This document shows positions 26,464-36,625 of a DNA stretch of 64,000 nt, one piece after another. The translations under genes were made by a program, and so were the position numbers. Within the stretch, counting starts at the first letter, position 1; each line of letters starts with the position of its first letter. Under the pieces are notes generated by a model that searched no databases, was not told the DNA's origin, and saw only the letters and a program-made list of their open reading frames with translations. The stretch comes from Pristiophorus japonicus (taxonomy: Eukaryota). The stretch is taken from contig NC_091984.1 of assembly GCF_044704955.1 (NCBI RefSeq), positions 147,374,001 to 147,438,000 on the forward strand. The letters are read 5' to 3'.

Positions 26464-27245
26464 ATCCCCCTGATGATATTTTGTCACCAAAACCAGAAAT
26501 ATCTCGAATTCCGTCGTCTTCTGCTGCGGGAGGTGCATTGTGGGTCCATAACTGATCAATTACACCCGGGCTCCCGTTTCTTCTGATTTCCTGATTAAGA
26601 CAAACAGATACAGCACCACCGTTCTCTGAGCGCTTTTTCCCTCCACAGGTCGGGCTTTCGTTATTTACATATATATACAGTTCATTCCGCGTTATCGAGT
26701 GCCCCCGGTTAAAATCTCTCCTGTTGGGGCCTCTTGCGGCTCGCGGCCGGTGAATAAGGAGGCATCCACGGCGCCCTAGGCCGTGGTATCCGACTGTTTC
26801 TCCTTACTGCCCTGCCATCTGGGTCATCACCATCATCCTACACCATGGGAGGAAGACCAGCGTCCACCAGGCTCATTATTGTGCCCTGGTTTCTCTTTGC
26901 CTTTGTCTTCCCCCCCTCGGGGTTAAACAACTTGCATTGGTTGATATGGTAGCATTTTGTATGTTTCGGGAGTCTGACTGCACATACCATGGGGCTGGCC
27001 TTATCTACGATGTTATAAGGCCCCATGTACAGTGGCTCGAATGCCCCCACTCGGGCACAGTTCCTGAACATTACCTGGTCTCCCACCTTCCACTCGTGGC
27101 TTCTCCGGGGCTCAAGTAGCAACCGATGTTTCCCGGTGCTGGTTCCCCAGGTTACTGGCTGCCTGCCAGTGAATCTGTTTTAAAACATCAAACAGATTCT
27201 GGACCAACCAGTCCAGGTTTACCTCGCGGTCATGAGCTCATGTGA
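26464..27245 (-). pseudogene. Integrase C-terminus and 3' internal region of element A, with no env
   Basis: ORF 26838-27122 with GPY/F motif (FEPLYMGPYNIVDK), homologous to 29603-29896. Confidence 0.85.
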
Positions 27246-28062
27246 TGCAAGGTGTTAATTTTCCACTCTCCTCTGATTCATAGACCTCGGGAATTACAGG
27301 AAGGACTCCACGTAATGCAAAGTTTAGGCTTAAACCCAACTGTTATTTTGTTTCACAAAAAACAACTAAACATTACAGAACAAGACTTCTTAGAGATTGA
27401 CCGAAGACATACAATCGCCCATCCAGCCAGTTGCTACTGTTGTCCATTGTCGGCTCGTGGAGCGAGGGAAGGTGTTGTGGCCCTGCTGCTGCTTCGTGGC
27501 TGTAGTTCATTGACCTGCTGGTCTGAGATGTTTCTTCGACCTGTTCTTCCTCTCTCTGAACCTTTGTTCTCAGCTCTTACAGATATATCCATTCGATTAT
27601 ACACATCTCCTGCTGGGCTGCCTTTCAGTTAATGCAGCTGGATGAGTCTCGATGGCTGTGGTGATGGGTCTGGATCTGTTCGGACGGCCACAATTCACAC
27701 ATGGAATCGACGGGGCAAAAGATAACTGCTTATCTTTTGTGCCCCGTTATCCAAGAATGCACGCCTTGTGGGATTTTTTGTTGTCCTGGGTTTTCGCAGA
27801 CTTGGAGTCTCCAGAGGGAACTGGTTTTCCCCTCCGGCCAATGAATCCATGGGCTCCTCTGCTTGATTGTGTCAAACCCTTTGTCTCGATGTTAATCGGG
27901 TCTCACTCCTGACCCCAGAAATCACATTAATCAGTGATCAGTCACCACCTGCCCCAGGCTGGTGCTCTTTCTCCTTCCTTACAGTCCCAAAGGTTTTCTT
28001 TTAAGCCATTTTAGTCCATGGCCTCTTGCTGTGCCTCGATCATGAAACATATAACCCTTACA
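27246..28062 (-). repeat. 3' LTR of provirus B
   Basis: Starts TGTAAGG directly after PPT AAAGGGGGAAG (28063-28073) and ends CCTTGCA; aligns loosely to the 5' LTR. Confidence 0.85.
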
Positions 28063-28249
28063 CTTCCCCCTTTAATATCTCTTGTTATAAACTCAGAGAC
28101 ATTACTATAGGTGGCTTCTTCTTCTTTCCATTGAGCTCGTTTGGGTGTATTGCAGTCTTCAGTCAAATCTCCATTTACATACTTTTTACAACAAAACAAT
28201 GTTTGGCCTTAATCCATCTGACTTCAGTTTATACTTTTACAAACACTTT

Positions 28250-29414
28250 CGCCTTGGTTGATTTTAATAACCTTTCAAGATTCCCTTCCCTCATCTTTTG
28301 CTTTAATTAACAGGACAAGACGAATAGATACAACACTATTACCAACTGTACAATTACTAACAAGTGTGATACGATTCGAACCCAGGATGGGATCTCAATA
28401 TTGAGTCCCACATCCCACTGTGGAGGGGCAATCATTTCCTCAATTTCCGCCCTTACTTTTTCATTCTTTTGGTGTAACATGTAATAATGTTTGTGGGACA
28501 ACTCGATGTTCTTTAACAGTTCAGTCAAATGTTCGGGTCACGGTGGGATATAGTATCCAACACGCGATATGTATCCCTGGAGGTTCGTAACGTATCATTG
28601 ACTGTAATATGGATATGTTTGTGGTCTGAGATAGGAATTATTCTTTCTTGTGCTACTTGTGCCTCAACCTGGGGTTTGAAACAAAAGGAAGAATCTGTCA
28701 GCATTTTAGGGAGAGGTTTTAATCTGCTTGCGATCAGTTCGGTCGCATTTACTGCCTTTGGTCAAGGTCACACAGGAATCAAAACCCTGGGTCCAATTCA
28801 TTCCTAACCCGAAATCCTGTCATTGTCATTTAAAAACAATCCCCACACCTCCCCTGCACTTGTGGCTAGATCCAACCACACAGACATAAATCCCTTGTTC
28901 CTCCTTCCACCACTTTTCCCAACACAATTTCACCCCTTCTCTTGTTCCTCTGCTCCGCCTGTTTGAGTTATTACCCAGTTTCTCCCATTCTGTGGATGCA
29001 TTAACTTTTCCCCTGACTGTTTTCTGTAACCACCACCACCCTCCCATGGGGGCAATCCCTTTACATTCCAGACAAACTCGTCTCCCCTCTCTCACCCGTA
29101 CATTCCTGGCCGTGATGTTTACCCTGGGGCAGGACACTGACACCTCCCCAAGTTTACCCTCGGTTTGTCTGGAGTACTTGGTCGAATTTGACCCAAACCA
29201 CCCTGGCCAGCTCCCAGTGTGAGCATAGGCGTTTGTGCCCTTGTTGCTCCGTACGGCTCCCCCTTGAGTTACAGTGGGGCCGGTTCCTCCCATACACCCG
29301 TGTGTAAGGAATGTCTCGGTGTCTCCCCGATCTCCCAATCCTTTAATAATAATGGCCATCCACAGGCCTATCCACAACGTCCACCTCCTCTCGTACCCTT
29401 GGCTCGATTCGCTC
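28250..29414 (-). pseudogene. env-like glycoprotein remnant: signal-like segment, Ig-like domain, heptad region, transmembrane helix
   Basis: ORF 28826-29377 (four N-glycosylation sequons, Ig motif); ORF 28307-28528 ends in hydrophobic IVSHLLVIVQLVIVLYLFVLSC; splice-acceptor-like site at 29415-29416. Confidence 0.75.
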
Positions 29415-29599
29415 CTTTCAAGACAAAAATGAAAGAAATACCTTTGCTCTGTGGGGCCTCCCCCTCACAGGTCCTCCTTCAGTTATTCACAAATGTACAT
29501 AACTCCTTTTTACAATCACTGCTTCCCTCTCCTTTTATCCCGATGCTTGGGCTTACGGAGGCTCGGTGGTGGAGATGGAGGAGGTGTCCAGGGCACCCT

Positions 29600-32500
29600 A
29601 GGTCACAGTACCTGACCACTCCACCTTACTGCTCCGTCCCTTACTTCTCCATCCTCATCATCCCACAGTATTGGTGGGAGGCTTACACTGATCAAACTCA
29701 TTATTGTTCCTGGGGCCTTCGCCCGCTTTTTACTTTTCTCTCCGGGGTTGTACAGCTTACACTGGTTTATATGGAACCATTTTATATGTTTTGGCAGCTG
29801 GATCGTGTACATCATAGGGCTTGCCTTGTCTACAATGCTATATGATCCTTTATACAATGGTTCAAATGCCCCTATTCTGGCATAATTCCTGACCATTACC
29901 TGATCCCCTGGCCCTCCATTTCTGTGTAACCCGGGGTTCCAGCAGCAGTTTATTCTGCTGGTGCTGCCTGCCCATATTGTTAGCTGTTTCCCAATGCAGC
30001 CCCTTCAGATTACCATACAGATCTGACAAACCTGTCCCGTGTGATCTCTTTAACCTGCGTTTCAGTCAGGACTGGTGCTAGGATATGGGTCGGGGTCCTC
30101 ATTAGTCTCCCTGTCATCATCACATGTGGGGAGTGTCCCGTACTCTTAGAGAGACTGGCTCGGTGGCTCATCAGTATTCGGGGTAGGGTCTCATCCCATT
30201 TCTTCGGAGTATCTCCTATCTCCTTCCTAAGCCTCTCTTTTAAGGTCCGGTTTGTCCTCTACTGGATCTAACGATTGGGGGTTATACGTCACATGAAATT
30301 TCCCCTGTATCCCGAACAGCTTTAGGGTGGCCTGCATTACTGCTCCGGTGAAATGACTCCCTTGATCTGATTCCACTATCAGGGGCAGTCCCCATTGAGA
30401 AAATACTTCTCGCACCAGAACCTTTGCTGTGACTATCGCGGTGGCCCCGACATGGAAAAGCTTCAACCCATTTTGTAAAGAGATGTATTAACACCAAGCA
30501 ATATTTATTGCCTCTGCCTGAGGTGGGCAGTGGCCCAATTAAATCTATCTGTATAGACTGCCATGGCCCCTCTACCCTCCTCGTGTGTCCCAACGGAGCC
30601 TTCCTCGGTGTGGATTGTTTGTGGCACATACCAGACAATTCTGGCAATAATCCCTGACATCACTTCTAAGCCCGGGCCACCATCCCACGGCTTCTACTTT
30701 ATTCCACATTGTTTCTGGCCCTGGATGTCCAGCTCCTGGACCCACATGCACCAGCTGCAAGAATTCTTCCCTGCACTGCCCTGGCACGATCCAACTATCT
30801 CCCTTGAACAACATTCCTTGCTTTACTGCTATGTCTGCAGCTCCCAAAGGTCCCACTGCAGACTTCCCGTCTATTTTGTCCCTAATCGCTGCTCTAAGGT
30901 CTGCATCCCGTAGCTGAGCCTGTTTTAAATCAGGCGGCAATGGGACTTCTTTGGGCCTCTCTCTGCCTGTTACAGCCGTGATCTGTCCACAGTGATATGG
31001 GTCCCAAGGTGTCCCTTCTCCTGCCCCTGTTTTAGCCAGTGTGTCTGCTTTCTCATTCCCTTCCCACTTGGGCTCTGTCTTAGAGTGTGCTTTGACCTTT
31101 TGGATGTAGTCACCCTTCTGGTCCGTACCCTTGACGTGCAAAATGACTTTTAACAACGGAACCATCACCAACCATTTTCCATCTGAGGACTTAAACCCTC
31201 GCCTCGCCAATATGGCTAAATACTCTGTACAGGAGTTAGAAATGAACATGGAGTCTGAACATATCGTATAGGGAGTTGGGAATTCGTTCGGGTGTGTGAC
31301 TACATACGCTACTGCTGCTAGCTCGGTCTGCTGCGTACTTAAAGTGTTGGGGATTTTATGGCTTTCTCCATCACTGCCTCTGGATCGTAAATCCCACAGC
31401 CTGTCTTTCTCTCTCTGTTTATTACTGAACTGGACCCATCTACATAGACGTCCCTGCTTGTCAGGTGTTCTCCTGCTCAGAATCCCACATCTACATCCCA
31501 CACTCCTTCCACTGAACACACATGAGCTGCCCCTGGATAAACCAGGTTCGGGGCGAGCTTTAATTCTCCTGGCCTCTCGACCTTCAGGTCTAACTGAGTA
31601 AGCAACAATGTCCAGCGGGCAATCCTGTTACTGCTCACTGTCCCATCTTTCATTCTACCATCCAGTAACACTTGTGTTGTGGTGTGACAGGTCAGTAAAG
31701 TTACTGTAGCTAACCCTGTGAGCGACCGAAAATGCTTCACTGCCCAAAATGTTGCTAACAGATGTCGTTCGCAATTCGAAAAGCTCTTTTCTATTTCGGT
31801 GAGAACTTGGGAGGCGTAGGCCACCGGTCTCAGCTTGCTGTGTCGCTCCTGGAGTAACACTGCACTCAAACTGTCCCCAGTCATTGCTACCTCCAGACTA
31901 AAGTCCTGGTCCCCATTTACTGCTCCCGACGCTGGTGCTGTCTGTAACACCTCTTTTAACCAAATGAAAGTTTCCTGACAACTCTCACTCCATTCCCACT
32001 CCACTCCTTTCCTAAGAAGCCTCAACAAAGGAGCTGCCATGGTTACATATCCCTCTATGAATTCCCTGCAGTGACCCGTTATTCCCAGGAAAGACCTTAC
32101 TCCAGAAACGTCCCTCGGAACAGGTAGTTCCTGGACTGACTTTCTCTTCGCTCCATCTATGGCTCTCTCTCCTGCCCTAATGGTCAAACCTAGAAACTGC
32201 ACCTCCTCTTTGCCTATTTGAGCTTTCTTGGGACTGACTTTAAAACCTGCTTCTTTCAACAAATGCAGTAACTCACTGAATAAGGGCCCGTGGTCCTCCG
32301 CACTTTCGGAGAATAACAACAGGTTGTCCACGTATTGGACCAACCGGTCTGGCTGACTAAAACCGTTTAATGCCTCGGCCATACTTTGGTGGAAGATCGA
32401 GGGACTGTTGTGAAACCCTTGTGGAAGACATGTCCACTTATACTGCTGACCTTTAAAGGTAAAGGTCGATTTATACTGGTCCTCCCATCTCAGGGGAATG

Positions 32501-33401
32501 GACCAAAACCCGTTTGAAATGTCCAGCACTGTGAAAGTTGTTGTGGCCGCAGGGATACTCCCGATCAAATCCGCTACCACTGCTACCGTGGGCGCACAGG
32601 CTGGAATATTTTTATTCAGGTTTCGGTCATCTACCGTGGCCCTCCATGAGTTATCGGGCTTCTTTACTGGCCATAGGGGTGAGTTTACATGTGTGGCTAT
32701 GGTCCTCAACACACCTTGATCCACCAGGGAATTTATAGCAGTTTCCAAATCCCTTTCTGCTTCCCGGGGAAAATTATACTGTTTCTGGGGTCGTGTCATC
32801 GAATCCCCATCTATCTTCACCTCCACCCTAGATACTCTCCCGCAATCGTGCTTGTGAATTGCAAACGCATCCATATTCTCCTGTACATACCTTGATACCG
32901 GGCCGGAATGTTATCTACTAATCGTTCTCAGTCATAACTCTCTTTCGGCTTCATCGTGCAGGTGCTACCTTTGTCTGTACTGTCCCTGGGAATCACTACG
33001 ATCTCTCCCATCTTATCTGCATCAACTGCCCCCCATAGACAATTGTTTTTCATATCCACTATGGTGTGGTGTGCCAACATGTAGTCGGTCCCGAGAACTC
33101 CCGAACCGGGCTGTTCCCACTTCATTAAAATGCCCTCCCATTTCATTATGTTCGGTCCTAACTCTACGGTTGAGGGTTTCCACACTGCCCCAGCCTGCTC
33201 ATTACCCGTAAAACCCACCAGTGTAAATGGTACTCCGCTCAACCACGGGGAAGTGGTCGGATTCGGTGAGTGGATAACCGTGCTAGAGGCTCCTGTATCT
33301 ACTAGATCCCTTCCCCTAACTGTTTCCACCTTCACATCCACACATGGCCTGCCCCACCCATCATATATGAGCAGACACAGGTATTCTGGCTGGGCACACC
33401 G
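29600..33401 (-). pseudogene. pro-pol: protease, RT, degenerate RNase H (tether), RNase H, integrase
   Basis: LVDTGAS; LDISNGFWSI, LPQGFHNSP, YVDN (32323-32334); DVYVDGS, TELAAV, CSDS, VKAHS, GNEKAD; HHCC, IDLIGPLP, SDQGSHF, GPY/F-like motif; several frameshifts. Confidence 0.92.
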
Positions 33402-35001
33402 TCACAGAGGGGGTGCCGACACATTGGGTCCCTTTTCTCCCACTGCTGCGTCCAGCTTTCCTCCACCCGTGCCCATAACCTGCTGTAATGCGGCCACTAA
33501 AACCTGCACTGGGTCGTCGGCTACCTTCTTCTGGCCTTTTCCTGCCTCAGCACCTCGTACCCTGGCTTCCCTCCTTTAGAGAGCCTACAATCCTTGCTCC
33601 AGTGTCCCAACTTCCCACAGTTAAAACACTCGCCTTTAGATCGACCCGCATTACCTCCCTCTTGTCTCCATTCTTTCTTTGGCCTAACCTCTCCTTTTAC
33701 TTCGTGTACCTTCCCGTTTAGTTTCTCCTCCTCCCCTTGCCTGGACTTAAAGCGAGAGTTAATCTTCTCAGCACCCCTGCCTCTGTATTCTGGAGATGGT
33801 CTGGGTCAAACCATACTTCGACCTTTGCTCTGAGCTGTGGCAAACTGTTACCATTACGGTTCTCAGCCAATGGTTCCTGGGTTCCTCTATTAAATCTGCC
33901 CACACCAGATTTCCTCCAGCAGCCCTTAAATAAATCACCCACAGTCTGTCTGCAAACGTATCGGGTGATTCGTTTACTTGCTGCCTAGTCTGTTCTACCT
34001 GCCAGAACGGACTACCCTGACTGTACCCGAGCACTGCCATCATTTGCTCCTTTAAGCCCTGTGGGGTTCCTGCACCTAACTTGGTGGCTGTCGACAAGCT
34101 CTGATAAAGCTTCCCCTCCAGCGAGAGCAGTGTTAGCTGCACTTTCTCCTCCTCGCTGCAGTTATTGATACCCCCTATCTGCTCTATATTAGTAAAATGA
34201 ACAGAGGCATCTCCTCCTTGCTTTAACTGTACTACACCCGTCAGCATCTCCTGCAGCTGAAGCGGTGTGTATGGGATCACTAGTCGCTCTGTAATGGTGC
34301 CGGACCACCATTTGCGGGGGTGGGCTGAATTTCTGCTGTCTCAAAGGACACATCGGTTTCAGGGGTCCCGGTGCCTCGGGAGCCGGCCGATGCTCGCTAT
34401 ACTCGGGCCCATTGTCTGACTCTTTCCCCTCTGGATCCCAATCTTCCTCGCCTGTTCCGGGTGCCCTGAGACAAACCATCCCTTTGGTCCCGTCTAACTC
34501 TGCCGTTAATTGGTGGATTTTTTCCTTACAAGGTCCGTGATCTGCTCTCGCGTAACCCTGTTTCTGGGCTACGTGATAGGCTATCGACTCTCCTGACCTG
34601 GTCCTCTGCCTCTTGGCTCTTTCTAAATGCCTTTCACTTTGTTCAATGTGGGTCTGCTGCTGCTTTTTGTACTCGGTCACCTGGCATTGTAAATACTCAA
34701 GGTGATTCCGTGCTGTTTCTTCCTTCCTACCCTGGTCCTGCCTTTCCTTCTCCAAACTGCCTACCTCGCCCTTTAACCCTTTATTCTCCTTCTCCAGCTT
34801 TCCGACCCTTTCTCGTTACAGTTGTGTCTGCTTCTGCAGGTATATGAGCCAAACCTCCTTCTCTTTTGACCCTTTGTGGTTACTACTGACTGTCCACTCT
34901 GCTGTTTTTTCCTGCGGATCCCCAGAGTGCAGCATTTCCCGTGCCCATAGCCCTGAAATGTTCAATTTGTTGCCTATATATCCAGCTACCTTAGCCTCCA
35001 T
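33402..35001 (-). pseudogene. gag: N-terminal coiled coil, capsid-like region, single CCHC knuckle
   Basis: ATG at 35001; ORFs 34189-34755 and 33768-34280; CFNCGKLGHWSKDC at 33587-33628; TGA at 33402-33404. Confidence 0.85.
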
Positions 35002-35079
35002 GGACTTCCTACGATGGCTGTTAGCTGCGGGCTCTACCGCGCTTTGCTGCGGTGAGTCCACTTCCAGTGCCTCTGGCTG

Positions 35080-35830
35080 AGAAATTCTCTCTGACTACCT
35101 TGGTGTCCCCTGAGACCACCTCGCAGTGACCTGCGGTTCCTGTTACTCTGGCTTCTCTCTGTGGCTACCCTAGTCGACCCGAGACTACTCCAGCATGTCA
35201 GAGACTTTCTCTCCTGGTCCCCTAGTCGCCCTTGAGATCACCTTTGGCCTCCCTGAGACGACCCCGTGACAATATTGGCTTTTCTCTGTGACTACCCCAG
35301 TCAACCGAGATTACTCCAGACTATCCGAGACTGTTTCTCCCTCAGGCTGCCCTGGCTGCCTGTGAGATTATCCCTGGCCTCCCTGACACCCTGCGCAGAC
35401 TACCTGCGATTACTTCTCCCAGTGGCTGCCCTAGTCAGCCGGAGCTCTTCGGCTACTCCTGGTCCCCCTTGAGATTCCCTTGGTCTCCCTGAGACCCCTG
35501 CGCAGACTACCTGTGATTACTTCACCCGGTGGCTGCCCTAGTCAGCCGGAGCTCTTCGGCTACTCCTGGTCCCCCTTGAGATTCCCTTGGTCTCCCTGAG
35601 ACCCCTTCGCAGACTACCTGCGGCTTTCTCGGTGGCTACACTCGTCAAGCCAGGATTACTCCAGCCTACCCAAGACTGTTCCTTCCTCTGCTGGCTGCCC
35701 TAGCTGCCCTTGAGAGTACAATGGTCTCCCTCAGACCACTGAGCAACTACCTGAGACTTCTTTTCTCAGTGGCTACCCTAATCGACTCAAGCCTATCAGA
35801 CCCTGTTACTCTCCTGGTCGCCCTAGCCGC
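35080..35830. repeat. Tandem ~108-bp repeats in the proviral 5' leader
   Basis: Near-identical units at ~35390-35497 and ~35497-35605, with diverged units on both sides. Confidence 0.85.
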
Positions 35831-35937
35831 CCTGGAGAAGATCCTTTTCGACCACCTTAGCCGACCTTAGACATAACCAAGCCTCCCTCGGGGTTTTTGC
35901 TCTGGTATGTGTCCGTAATACTATTCCCAAAGCCGAG

Positions 35938-35955
35938 GTCCTGCCGCGGTCACCA
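35938..35955 (-). promoter_or_regulatory. Primer-binding site, tRNA-Arg(TCG)-like
   Basis: TGGTGACCGCGGCAGGAC, 5 nt from the LTR end; 17/18 match to the complement of the vertebrate tRNA-Arg(TCG) 3' end as recalled. Confidence 0.8.
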
Positions 35956-36625
35956 ATTTCTGTAGGTAGTTTATTTTTCACTCTACTCCGATTCTTCGAC
36001 CTGGGAACTTGTAGTGGGAAAGGACAACATGTGGCACAACATTTAGGCTTCACCCAGTGTCAGTTTTATTGTGCACAAAAACCGTCGAAAACTACAGGAC
36101 TAGACTTCTGAGAGAAATCGACTGAAATCATACAATTGCCCTTCCTGGCTGTAGCTATTGTAGGTCCGTGGTCATTGGTTCCGTGACCGGTTGGTTCTTC
36201 TTCTGGCCGTTCTCTGCAGTGCTGTTACTTCTGTGTACGTTTCGTACAACATGTTCCTCCGTCCATTCGTCTGTTCGTGCTTTCAACCTGTGTCCATCTG
36301 TACATGTGTCCTTCTACTTCTCCTGTGTGCTTCTTCTTCCGTCTGTTCCTATCCTTGTTCCATCTCCTGCTGAGCTGCTTCTAGCTCACATATTTATATC
36401 CAGGTTATGACTGACCTCCCGCCACTGCGGTTTCTGATAAAGTGTTTGCATCAATACATTGTTTTGTGGTCCCCTTGGTTGATTGATTACAATAATGAAC
36501 TCGTCTGTTTTCCCATTTGCACACTGAGTCTGCAAGGCTCAAGTTGATTTCTCATCTTAACACCTCATCCTAAAAAATGTGCAACTGTTGTGGTTCCTTT
36601 GTTGTCAGGTCCTTTTACAGACTTG

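Noticed and set aside
28826-29377. Host Ig V gene segment
   Set aside because: No leader intron, octamer or RSS; embedded between pol and PPT of a provirus
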